32,000 nucleotides of DNA, from assembly GCF_001945605.1 (NCBI RefSeq), contig NZ_MPKA01000058.1:30001-62000 (forward strand), written 5' to 3'. The translations under genes were made by a program, and so were the position numbers. This document shows, in pieces, positions 1-8,118 of this stretch. The notes below the pieces were generated by a model that saw nothing but the letters and a program-made list of their open reading frames with translations, did no database searches and was not told the origin of the DNA. The stretch comes from Dubosiella newyorkensis. Its GTDB lineage: Bacteria > Bacillota_I > Bacilli_A > Erysipelotrichales > Erysipelotrichaceae. Position 1 is the first letter of the stretch; every line of letters starts with the position of its first letter.

Positions 1-2
1 GA

Positions 3-611
3 CATCTTCAAAACAATTTCAACCACCACCGCATGGAATCGGTGCTGGATTCGATCATATTGAAAGTCAAGAAAAACACCACGATCAAGGATTTTTATAC
101 GCCTGCGATCGCGAATTGTTCCTTGTCAGAATCTAGAGCGATCGCTAGAGTCTATATTCCTGCGATCACCTCGATCTTCAATACAAAAATCGAACCCCAT
201 ATGATCAAAGAAACACTCGACAATTGGCATTTTATTCAAAAGGCGGAATATGATCCTAGCGGCCATAAGTTGAGTTCACTGAAAAAGATAGAAAAGGGGC
301 TTCGGAAAAAGAATATGGCTAGTGGTCTGATCGTTCCAAATGTTCCGGAAGATAATTATGATGTGTGCAATCTGCTGCATAGAGCTTGGAGTCATCCTTG
401 CGATGCTTCTTTAGTTTATACAAAATCTTTTTTTGATTTGTATGAGGAAGCGATGAAGAAAGCTTTGGATGCGATCGCTCTCTTTCTAAAAGCGGTGCAA
501 GATCCGAAAAACAAAGAGGAGTTTTTAGAGTTTTTAGGGGATCGCAACTATAATACAGGAATAAAGAATCCACCAGAAATGAAAAATTTCGATGTATGCG
601 ATTTCTTTTAG
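3..611 (+). CDS. hypothetical protein, 5'-truncated by the window edge (C-terminal ~200 aa)
   Basis: Frame 3 is open from nt 3, with no stop before the ATG at 33. It ends at TAG 609-611 and is followed by a hairpin terminator. I do not recognise the family. Confidence 0.5.
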   Translation, partial: HLQNNFNHHRMESVLDSIILKVKKNTTIKDFYTPAIANCSLSESRAIARVYIPAITSIFNTKIEPHMIKETLDNWHFIQKAEYDPSGHKLSSLKKIEKGLRKKNMASGLIVPNVPEDNYDVCNLLHRAWSHPCDASLVYTKSFFDLYEEAMKKALDAIALFLKAVQDPKNKEEFLEFLGDRNYNTGIKNPPEMKNFDVCDFF

Positions 612-633
612 AGCGTGTAAACGCTCTTTTTTT
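610..633 (+). terminator. rho-independent terminator
   Basis: Stem AGAGCGT, loop gtaa, stem ACGCTCT, then T6. Confidence 0.8.
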
Positions 634-710
634 CTTGAAACTTTTACTATAGACCGATGAAACAATTTTCAGTATAATGATTTGGTAACACAAAAAAGAG
701 AGGTGACTTG

Positions 711-1550
711 ATGTATACAATTTTAAAAAAAGAGATCTTGAATCCTACAGTCACAAAAATGGTGATTCAAGCTCCCAATGTCGCTAAAAGAGCGAAAGCA
801 GGCCAATTCATCATTCTTCGTGTCGATGAGCAAGGGGAAAGGATCCCTCTTACGATCGCGGATGCCGATCCTGAAACTGGAGAAGTGAGTATCATTTACC
901 AAATCGTTGGAAAAACGACGATGGCTTTAAATCAAAAACAAGAAGGCGAAGCTCTTCAAGATTTTGTAGGACCACTTGGTCAGCCTAGCGAGATCGAAGG
1001 CGAGAGAGTTTGTGTGATTGGTGGCGGAGTCGGATGTGCCATTGCCTATCCGACCGCGAAAGCGTTCCATCATGCGGGCAGTGAAGTGAGCACGATCGTC
1101 GGTTTTAGAAACCAAGATCTCGTGATCTTGGAAGACGAGTTCAAAGAAGTATCCGATCACTATTATTTAATGTCGGATGATGGAAGTGTTGGGGAAAAAG
1201 GTCTTGTGACCAACAAGCTGGAAGAGTTGATCCAAAATGGGGTTCAATTTGACAAAGTGATCGCGATCGGTCCTGTGATCATGATGAAGTTTGTTTGCGA
1301 AGTCACAAAAAAGTACAACATTCCTACCGTTGTTTCAATGAATCCGATCATGATCGATGGAACAGGCATGTGCGGAGGCTGTCGCTTGAAGGTAGGCGAT
1401 GAAATCAAGTTCGCTTGTGTCGATGGTCCTGATTTTGATGGTCATCTTGTTGATTTTGACGAAGCGATGTCTCGGAATCGCGCGTATGCCTCTTTCGAGA
1501 AGCATGAACGTGATGAATTTTGTAATCTTTTGAATCAGGAGGTTCATTAA
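711..1550 (+). CDS. nfnA: NfnA/SudB-like FAD/NAD(P)-binding oxidoreductase small subunit (PyrK-like, with [2Fe-2S] site)
   Basis: RBS GAGAGG lies 7 nt upstream of ATG 711; the track's TTG at 708 is less likely. Motifs: RIPLTIAD (FAD), GGGVGCA (NAD), and C-terminal CGGCRLK...FAC Cys cluster. The 279-aa size and immediate pairing with a GltD-like subunit fit NfnA. Confidence 0.7.
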   Translation: MYTILKKEILNPTVTKMVIQAPNVAKRAKAGQFIILRVDEQGERIPLTIADADPETGEVSIIYQIVGKTTMALNQKQEGEALQDFVGPLGQPSEIEGERVCVIGGGVGCAIAYPTAKAFHHAGSEVSTIVGFRNQDLVILEDEFKEVSDHYYLMSDDGSVGEKGLVTNKLEELIQNGVQFDKVIAIGPVIMMKFVCEVTKKYNIPTVVSMNPIMIDGTGMCGGCRLKVGDEIKFACVDGPDFDGHLVDFDEAMSRNRAYASFEKHERDEFCNLLNQEVH

Positions 1551-1551
1551 T

Positions 1552-2943
1552 ATGCCAAATATGTCTCCAAAAAAAGTCGAGATGCCCGTTCAAGAACCAG
1601 AGGTGCGGATCCAGAACTTCGAAGAAGTCGCGATCGGGTATACACCAGAAATGGCGAAAGAAGAAGCAGAACGCTGTCTTCATTGCGCTCACAAGCCATG
1701 TGTGCAAGGATGTCCGGTCAATGTCAATATTCCTGATTTCATCCAACAAGTCAAAGAAGGGGATCTTGAGGAAGCGTATCGTATTATCTCCTTAACTTCT
1801 TCTTTGCCTGCGGTTTGCGGACGTGTATGTCCTCAAGAGAGCCAATGTGAAAAATATTGTGTTCGGGGCATCAAGACAGAAGCGGTCGCGATCGGACGTT
1901 TAGAGCGCTTCGTGGCGGATACGCATCGAAAAGAAAATGACGCGCCTTTAGAGCGTCCTATTTCCAATGGTCATAAGGTCGCTGTCGTAGGTGCTGGGCC
2001 TGCTGGTTTAACGGCTGCTGGCGATCTTGCCAAAATGGGCTATGAAGTGACTGTTTTTGAAGCACTGCATGTCGCTGGGGGCGTTTTAATGTATGGAATT
2101 CCAGAATTTCGTCTTCCTAAAGAGATCGTTCAAGCCGAGATCAAACACCTTGAAGAACTTGGTGTCGATATCGTGACAAATTTTGTGGTGGGAAGAAGCG
2201 ATACGATCGATTCTTTGATCGATGATGGCTTTGAAGCGATTTTTATTGGTTCAGGGGCAGGCCTGCCGAACTTTATGAATATGCCTGGCGAGAATTTAAA
2301 GGGCGTGTATTCGGCTAATGAATTTTTGACACGGATCAATTTGATGAAAGCGTATGTTCCAGGTTCGCCGACGCCGATCCAAAATCCAAAAAGAACAGTC
2401 GTGATCGGCGGGGGAAATGTGGCGATGGATGCGGCTCGATGCGCCCGTCGTCTCGGTTCGGAAGTCCATATCGTGTATCGTCGTTCTCTTGAAGAGCTTC
2501 CGGCAAGAAAAGAAGAAGTCGAGCACGCAATGGAGGAAGGCATTATTTTTGATTTATTATGCAACCCAGTTCAAGTGATCGGTGACGAGGAAGGCTGGGT
2601 CAAACAAGTAGAATGCGTTCGTATGGAACTTGGAGAACCGGATGCTTCTGGTCGAAGAAGACCGATCGAGATTGCCAACAGTAATTTTTTGATCGATGCG
2701 GATTGTATGATCATGGCGATCGGAACTTCTCCAAATCCGCTCATTCGTCATACTACTCAAGGACTCGAGGTCAATCGTCGTGGATGTTTGATCGTCGATG
2801 ACCAAGAAATGACGAGTCGTGAAGGGATCTATGCAGGAGGAGACGCGGTGACTGGCGCTGCGACTGTGATTTCTGCAATGGGAGCTGGCAAGAAAGGCGC
2901 TCAATCGATCGACGCCTATATCAAGGCTCGTTCGAATTCATAA
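1552..2943 (+). CDS. nfnB: NfnB/SudA-like subunit (GltD-type NADPH oxidoreductase with 2x[4Fe-4S] and FAD)
   Basis: Cys clusters CLHCAHKPCVQGCP and CGRVCPQESQCEKYC. Rossmann motifs VAVVGAGPAGLTAAGDLA and VIGGGNVAMD. The ATG lies 1 nt after the nfnA stop, with AGGAGG upstream. Confidence 0.75.
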   Translation: MPNMSPKKVEMPVQEPEVRIQNFEEVAIGYTPEMAKEEAERCLHCAHKPCVQGCPVNVNIPDFIQQVKEGDLEEAYRIISLTSSLPAVCGRVCPQESQCEKYCVRGIKTEAVAIGRLERFVADTHRKENDAPLERPISNGHKVAVVGAGPAGLTAAGDLAKMGYEVTVFEALHVAGGVLMYGIPEFRLPKEIVQAEIKHLEELGVDIVTNFVVGRSDTIDSLIDDGFEAIFIGSGAGLPNFMNMPGENLKGVYSANEFLTRINLMKAYVPGSPTPIQNPKRTVVIGGGNVAMDAARCARRLGSEVHIVYRRSLEELPARKEEVEHAMEEGIIFDLLCNPVQVIGDEEGWVKQVECVRMELGEPDASGRRRPIEIANSNFLIDADCMIMAIGTSPNPLIRHTTQGLEVNRRGCLIVDDQEMTSREGIYAGGDAVTGAATVISAMGAGKKGAQSIDAYIKARSNS

Positions 2944-2955
2944 TTTCATCTCGAA

Positions 2956-2988
2956 AGCATGTTCTTGATGTTGGAACATGCTTTTTTT
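2956..2988 (+). terminator. rho-independent terminator of the nfnAB unit
   Basis: Stem AGCATGTTC, 9-nt loop, stem GAACATGCT, then T7. Confidence 0.85.
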
Positions 2989-3009
2989 GTTTTTTGACAA
3001 TTGTAAGGG

Positions 3010-3038
3010 TTTACATCTAAAGAGGGAAGTTGTATTAT
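3010..3038 (+). promoter_or_regulatory. sigma-A-like promoter (TTTACA-17-TATTAT, TG just upstream of -10)
   Basis: -35 TTTACA at 3010-3015. -10 TATTAT at 3033-3038, preceded by TG at 3031-3032. Confidence 0.5.
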
Positions 3039-3044
3039 AGAGGC

Positions 3045-3170
3045 GGATAAAGTTGAGAAAAGGCTCAGTCTCAACCTCTCACATACATACATCCTTCCTT
3101 AAGTATGTGAGTTTATTTATTCATATCGATTCCTTTCGATACAGAAAGAAAGCACTGCGGTGCTTTTTTT
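3045..3170 (+). ncRNA. candidate ~125-nt structured small RNA (or efp leader) with its own promoter and terminator
   Basis: Three hairpins at 3052-3075, 3078-3111 (9-bp stem) and 3124-3141. Terminator AAAGCAC-tgcg-GTGCTTT plus T-run at 3149-3170. No ORF longer than 7 aa. I recognise no known RNA family. Confidence 0.35.
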
Positions 3171-3232
3171 CTTGAGTTGACAAATGAAAGACAATTCACT
3201 ACATTTATAATGTACTTAAAGGAGATTAGAGA

Positions 3233-3793
3233 ATGATTAACTCGAATGATTTAAAACCAGGTCAAACGATCAATGTAGATGGCGATATTTATGTCGTATT
3301 GGATATTTCACAAAATAAAACAGCACGTTCGGCCATGGTCGTAAAAGCGAAAGTGCGTAATTTGCGTACAGGAAGCAACGTTGAGCTTTCTTGGGGCGGG
3401 GGCGAAAAGGTCGAGCCTGCAATGATCGAGAAAAAAGAAATGCAGTATTTGTACGATACGGATGATGCGATGGTGTTCATGGACAACGAAACGTATGAAC
3501 AAGTCGAGATCCCGATGGATCGTCTAGAATGGGAACGCAAATTCGTAAAAGCAAACGATAATGTCAATATTTCGAGCTATGATGGCGAGATCATTGGTAT
3601 TTCTTTGCCAGATAAAGCCGTTTTGCAGGTGACTGAATGCGAACCAGCGGTCAAAGGGGACACGGCTACGAACGCTTCTAAAAACGCTACGCTTGAAACT
3701 GGTTTAGAAGTACGAGTTCCATTATTCATCGAAGAGGGCGAAATGATCGTCATCAATACGAGTGATGGAAAGTATTCTGGACGCGCAAAATAA
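3233..3793 (+). CDS. efp: translation elongation factor P
   Basis: 186 aa with AGGAG RBS. Full-length resemblance to EF-P: N-terminal DLKPGQ, MQYLY, VKGDTA, VPLFIEEGE.I.INT..G.Y..RAK. The tip-loop residue 32 is Arg (codon cgt 3326-3328). Confidence 0.93.
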   Translation: MINSNDLKPGQTINVDGDIYVVLDISQNKTARSAMVVKAKVRNLRTGSNVELSWGGGEKVEPAMIEKKEMQYLYDTDDAMVFMDNETYEQVEIPMDRLEWERKFVKANDNVNISSYDGEIIGISLPDKAVLQVTECEPAVKGDTATNASKNATLETGLEVRVPLFIEEGEMIVINTSDGKYSGRAK

Positions 3794-3802
3794 TAACAAT
3801 TC

Positions 3803-3834
3803 AGATGCAGTCCTCCTGCATCTTTTTCTTTTCG
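3803..3834 (+). terminator. rho-independent terminator of efp
   Basis: Stem AGATGCAG, loop tcctc, stem CTGCATCT, then TTTTTCTTTT. Confidence 0.8.
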
Positions 3835-3895
3835 TCAACTTTAACTCTAAATTTTATTCGTGTATAATAGTAAAGATTACTTAAGGGAGGTCATT

Positions 3896-4804
3896 ATGGC
3901 TCAATTATCAAGAACCAAAAAATATCAACCGTTGAGAGACCAACTGGATGAAGAAACAACTGCTGCACAAAGCGCTCCGGTACGTCCTAGACTCTCAAGG
4001 GTCCAAAACCATTCATTATCGCATGCAAATAAACCGCTTCATTCGCACGAAGAAGAAAACGCGCTTTCGAGCAAATCCAACGAATTTCAAACAAGTCCGG
4101 TCATGGATGAGCTTCTTGGCGAAGTGAAACAATATAATATTGATAACGGAACCCGAATCACAGACGATACGCAAATTAACATCCTTCGTCAGCTAGACCA
4201 GCCGCAAGGATCTCAAAAGCGTACCGCGCATTTCGTGGAAATGGAAGATGATGACGAGGATGAAGGCGGAACGACGATGAAGCTTCCAAAAGGCTTGAAA
4301 GACGAAGCCGCGATGGCTTCTTTGATGCCTTCGAATCAAAAGCTGACTCGTATCAATCCCGTTCGGGTAAAAGAAGTCGAACTGGAAAGCGTCAAGATCG
4401 AACCAGAAGAAAAAGAACCAGCCACGGAGCGTATCGTTCTTTCGAGCAACGATATTTTGGCGGATGACAAAGCGGATACCGATCAGCTGACTGTCTTGAC
4501 GACAAAACAGCATACTGTTGAAGAATTCAATGAGGAACCAGTCGTTCAAAAACCAAGAAAAACAAATTCTAAAAAGAAAAAGAAATCTTCTCGTCCGGCC
4601 AAGAAAGAAAAAGCGATCGTTGAGGACGAAATGCCTAGCGCCAAAATGCGGATGCGAGCGGAGGATTTTGAGAATGATCTTCCAGAGAAGACATCGAAAA
4701 AATCGAATACGATCATGAATATCGTCTTGATCGTCTTGATCGTCTTGTTGATCGTCTCGATCTTCATGACATTCTACTTTATTCGAGGCATGGGAGTTCT
4801 TTAA
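3896..4804 (+). CDS. low-complexity, charged protein with a single C-terminal transmembrane anchor, unknown function
   Basis: ATG 3896 has RBS AAGGGAGG (3883-3890). The track start at 3860 lies inside a TATAAT box (3863-3868). About 270 aa are E/K/D/Q/T-rich with a KKKKK tract. The C-terminus is NIVLIVLIVLLIVSIFMTFYFI. Confidence 0.7.
   Translation: MAQLSRTKKYQPLRDQLDEETTAAQSAPVRPRLSRVQNHSLSHANKPLHSHEEENALSSKSNEFQTSPVMDELLGEVKQYNIDNGTRITDDTQINILRQLDQPQGSQKRTAHFVEMEDDDEDEGGTTMKLPKGLKDEAAMASLMPSNQKLTRINPVRVKEVELESVKIEPEEKEPATERIVLSSNDILADDKADTDQLTVLTTKQHTVEEFNEEPVVQKPRKTNSKKKKKSSRPAKKEKAIVEDEMPSAKMRMRAEDFENDLPEKTSKKSNTIMNIVLIVLIVLLIVSIFMTFYFIRGMGVL
4721..4768 (+). repeat. in-frame 9-bp tandem repeat (ATCGTCTTG x3 perfect, plus 2 degenerate copies) encoding the TM helix
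   Basis: Perfect copies at 4721-4729, 4730-4738 and 4739-4747. Degenerate copies at 4751-4759 and 4760-4768. The repeat translates as IVL IVL IVL. Confidence 0.9.
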
Positions 4805-5460
4805 TGCATAAGATCAATGTTGCGATCGATGGCCCCAGCGGTGTAGGAAAAAGCAGCGTTTCTGATCGTCTTGCGCAAGACAATCAAATGATTCATCTCG
4901 ATACAGGGGCTATGTATCGCTGTGTCGCTCTTGCTTTAAAGGAAAATGGAGTAAGCTTGCGTGATCACGAGGCCGTTGAACATGTATTGAATACTTTGAA
5001 GATCCGCTTCGAGGGATCGAAGGTCTTTTTGAATGGCCAAGATGTCTCGGAAAAGATCCGGACAAACGCGATCTCGAATTTCACTTCGAAAGTGTCTTCG
5101 CTTCCTGAAGTACGGAAAAAGATGGTCGCTTTGCAGCAAGAGATCACTAAAGATAAAAATTATATCGTCGATGGGCGTGATATTGGAACAACTGTTCTTC
5201 CAAACGCGGAAGTGAAGATCTTTTTGACCGCTTCTCCAAAGGCACGAGCGCAGCGTCGATATGATGAATATATGATGAAGGGGATCGAATGCGATTATGA
5301 AACGATATATCAAGATATCGTAGCCCGCGACTACCAAGATTCGCATCGCGAGATTTCGCCGCTGTGCGCCAGTGAAGACGCCTATCAGCTCGATACTTCG
5401 GATATGACGATCAATGAAGTCGTAGAGGTGATTCAGGAGATAATGGATAAAAAGCTCTAG
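4804..5460 (+). CDS. cmk: cytidylate kinase
   Basis: P-loop IAIDGPSGVGKSS, plus DTGAMYR and DGRDIGT. The ATG overlaps the previous stop (TAATG). Confidence 0.93.
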   Translation: MHKINVAIDGPSGVGKSSVSDRLAQDNQMIHLDTGAMYRCVALALKENGVSLRDHEAVEHVLNTLKIRFEGSKVFLNGQDVSEKIRTNAISNFTSKVSSLPEVRKKMVALQQEITKDKNYIVDGRDIGTTVLPNAEVKIFLTASPKARAQRRYDEYMMKGIECDYETIYQDIVARDYQDSHREISPLCASEDAYQLDTSDMTINEVVEVIQEIMDKKL

Positions 5461-5475
5461 GAAAGGAGCATAAAA

Positions 5476-6780
5476 ATGATACGTGGAACTATTGCGTTGG
5501 TGGGACGCCCTAATGTTGGAAAATCGACAATTTTCAATCGCTTGATCGGACAAAGAAAGAGTATCGTGGAAGATACGCCTGGAGTAACGCGCGATCGGAT
5601 CTATGGGATCCTTGATTGGCTCACTTTACAGTATCGATTGATCGATACGGGCGGGATCCAAATCGAAGATCAGCCGTTCAGTGAAGAAATCAATATGCAA
5701 GTCGAGATCGCGATCGAAGAAGCGAATGTGATCGTCATGATCGTTTCTGCCAAAGAAGGGATCACAAGCGATGATGTGGCAATCGCGCGCAAACTCAAGA
5801 AATCGAATAAACCGATCATCCTGGCAGTGAATAAAGCGGATAATGAATCGCTTCGCATGAATATTTATGAATTTTATGAGCTTGGCTTGGGCGATCCGAT
5901 CCCGATCAGCGGAGCTCATGGTTTAGGCTTGGGTGATTTGATGGATATCGCGGTTAAAGATATGCCAGATCAAAAGATCCCCGATTACGAAGGGATTACC
6001 TCGTTTTGTGTCATTGGCCGTCCAAACGTTGGAAAAAGCTCGCTTGTGAACGCGATCTTGAAAGAGGATCGTGTCATTGTCAGCGATGTACAAGGTACGA
6101 CAAGAGATGCGATCGATACTCCTTTTAAATTTAATGATAAAGAATATATGATCATTGATACTGCGGGTATCCGAAAGCGCGGAAAGATTTATGAGAATAT
6201 TGAAAAGTATTCGATCCTTCGTGCCCAAAGCGCTATCGAGAGAGCGAATGTCGTTCTCGTTTTGATCGATGGCGAACTTGGGATCCGGGAACAAGATAAG
6301 CACGTGGCAGGTCTTGCTCACGAAGCTGGAAAAGGTGTGATCATCGTTTACAATAAATGGGATACGGTCGAAAAAGACGATAAAACAATGAATAAGATCA
6401 CAAAAGAGATCCGGGCTCATTTTAAATATTTAGATTATGCGCCAATCGCTTTCGTATCCGCCAAAACGAGATCTAAAGTCAATCAATTGATCCCTCTGAT
6501 CGATACGGTCCACGATTACTGCACGATGCGGATCGCTACGAATGTTTTGAACGATGTCATATTGGACGCCCAAATGATGAATCCTCCAAAACCTCACAAC
6601 GGCAGACAGCTTAAAATCTTATATTCTTCGCAAGTGGCCGTAGAACCACCAACCTTCGTGCTCTTTGTCAATGATCCGGAATTGTTCCATTTCTCGTATA
6701 AGCGTTATCTTGAAAATAAATTGAGAGAAGCGTTCGGATTCGTAGGAACTCCATTGCATATCATGGTGCGCAAAAAATAG
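5476..6780 (+). CDS. der: ribosome-biogenesis GTPase Der (EngA)
   Basis: Two tandem GTPase domains: GRPNVGKST twice, DTGG and DTAG, NKAD and NKWD. There is a KH-like C-terminus. RBS is AAGGAG. Confidence 0.95.
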   Translation: MIRGTIALVGRPNVGKSTIFNRLIGQRKSIVEDTPGVTRDRIYGILDWLTLQYRLIDTGGIQIEDQPFSEEINMQVEIAIEEANVIVMIVSAKEGITSDDVAIARKLKKSNKPIILAVNKADNESLRMNIYEFYELGLGDPIPISGAHGLGLGDLMDIAVKDMPDQKIPDYEGITSFCVIGRPNVGKSSLVNAILKEDRVIVSDVQGTTRDAIDTPFKFNDKEYMIIDTAGIRKRGKIYENIEKYSILRAQSAIERANVVLVLIDGELGIREQDKHVAGLAHEAGKGVIIVYNKWDTVEKDDKTMNKITKEIRAHFKYLDYAPIAFVSAKTRSKVNQLIPLIDTVHDYCTMRIATNVLNDVILDAQMMNPPKPHNGRQLKILYSSQVAVEPPTFVLFVNDPELFHFSYKRYLENKLREAFGFVGTPLHIMVRKK

Positions 6781-6792
6781 AAAGTGATAGAT

Positions 6793-7788
6793 ATGAAAAT
6801 AGTTGTTATTGGGAGCGGAAGTTGGGGAACTGCGCTTGCCCAAACTTTAGCGGATAATAATCAGGATGTTCTGCTCTATGGTGTTGATCAAAATGAGATC
6901 GAAAATATCAACGAGCATCATCGAAATGAGAAATATTTCAAAGGGGTCGATCTAAATCCTGACTTGAAAGCGACAAACGATATTCACTGCGTCAAGGATG
7001 CGGATATGATCGTTTTGGCGGTTCCAACGATCGCGATCGAGCCTATCTGTAAACAGATCGATCCGCTTCTTGAAAAGAAAGCGATCATTGTCAACGTTTC
7101 TAAAGGCTTTCAACCTGGAACAAATGAAAGAATGTCTGAAGTGATCCGTCGAACGATTTCGAAGGATCATCTTTCCAGTGTTGTTTCTTTGATCGGTCCT
7201 AGTCATGCCGAAGAAGTCGTGTTACGGCAGCTCACTTCGATCGATGCGATCTCTTTAAAGGAAGAGGATGCAAAAGCTGTTCAGGAGCTGTTTTCGAATC
7301 ATTATATGCGGATCTATACCGGAAACGACGAGATCGGAAGCGAATTAGGGGCTGCGATCAAAAATGTCATGGCGATCGCTTCTGGGATCTTGGCTGGTCT
7401 AGGGTATGGAGATAATACGCGCGCGGCTTTGATCACTCGCGGCTTGCAGGAAATGATTCGGTATGGAACGCATTTTGGCGGAAAACCGCAAACATTTATT
7501 GGACTTACGGGCATTGGCGATCTAATCGTCACTTGCTCGAGCGTACATTCTCGTAATTTTCAGGCAGGATATCAAATTGGAAAAGAAAATACAGTTGAAA
7601 ACTTTTTAAAAAATAATAAAAAAACAGTAGAGGGTGTACGGACAGCGAAGATCGTTCACGATGTGGCAAAAGAAAATGGGATCGATATGCCGATTTGCGA
7701 AGAAGTGTATCAAATCTTATACGAAGGCAAGAAGCCTGAACATTGTGCGAATGATCTCATGATCCGTAAATTGAAGGCGGAATTTTAA
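6793..7788 (+). CDS. gpsA: NAD(P)H-dependent glycerol-3-phosphate dehydrogenase
   Basis: MKIVVIGSGSWGTALA Rossmann N-terminus, plus GPSHAEEV and KNV.AIA.G. ATG 6793 is preferred to the GTG at 6784. Confidence 0.9.
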   Translation: MKIVVIGSGSWGTALAQTLADNNQDVLLYGVDQNEIENINEHHRNEKYFKGVDLNPDLKATNDIHCVKDADMIVLAVPTIAIEPICKQIDPLLEKKAIIVNVSKGFQPGTNERMSEVIRRTISKDHLSSVVSLIGPSHAEEVVLRQLTSIDAISLKEEDAKAVQELFSNHYMRIYTGNDEIGSELGAAIKNVMAIASGILAGLGYGDNTRAALITRGLQEMIRYGTHFGGKPQTFIGLTGIGDLIVTCSSVHSRNFQAGYQIGKENTVENFLKNNKKTVEGVRTAKIVHDVAKENGIDMPICEEVYQILYEGKKPEHCANDLMIRKLKAEF

Positions 7789-7789
7789 T

Positions 7790-8083
7790 ATGGCTAAATA
7801 TGTTACTAAAGATTCTCTTGCTCAAAAACTTGCGCAAGATACGACATTAAGAAAAAAAGAAGCGATCAAGATCATCGACATCATTTTTAATGAAATGAGT
7901 GACGCGCTTGCGGAAGAGGGTCTTGTCGATATTACTGGTTTTGGTAAGTTTGTGATTTTTGATCGTAAAGCTAGAATGGGTATCAATCCTGTCACGAAAG
8001 AGAGAATGGAAATTCCAGCCAGCAAACTTCCAAAATTTAAACCATCGCAGACATTGAAGAATAAATGCAATCGCAAAGATTAA
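7790..8083 (+). CDS. hup: HU-family DNA-binding protein
   Basis: 97 aa with GFGKF....RKAR.G.NP.T.E...IPA beta-arm motif. The ATG lies 1 nt after the gpsA stop. Confidence 0.88.
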   Translation: MAKYVTKDSLAQKLAQDTTLRKKEAIKIIDIIFNEMSDALAEEGLVDITGFGKFVIFDRKARMGINPVTKERMEIPASKLPKFKPSQTLKNKCNRKD

Positions 8084-8104
8084 GGAATGTCCTTAATCTT
8101 TTTT
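8079..8104 (+). terminator. rho-independent terminator after hup
   Basis: Stem ATTAAGGA, loop atg, stem TCCTTAAT, then CTTTTTT. Confidence 0.8.
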
Positions 8105-8118
8105 AGGAGGTAGATATT

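Noticed and set aside
105-478. GCGATCGC (the cyanobacterial HIP1 octamer) recurs, which could suggest a cyanobacterial origin.
   Set aside because: The gene content (murT/gatD, degV, hup, lipobox lipoproteins, GGAGG RBSs, cmk-der-gpsA-hup synteny) is Bacillota-like. The octamer appears to be a subset of a general GATC excess.
3177-3211. TTGACA (3177-3182) and TATAAT (3206-3211) could form a consensus efp promoter.
   Set aside because: The spacing is 23 bp, too long for sigma-A. At 17-bp spacing only a weaker TACATT -10 is available, so the efp promoter assignment is left open.
4804-6780. There is no S1-like (rpsA/ypfD) gene between cmk and der, although I remember one at that position in Bacillus subtilis.
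   Set aside because: The 15-nt cmk-der spacer is intact with no gene remnant. Loss or relocation of this gene is common in reduced Firmicute lineages and cannot be judged from one window.
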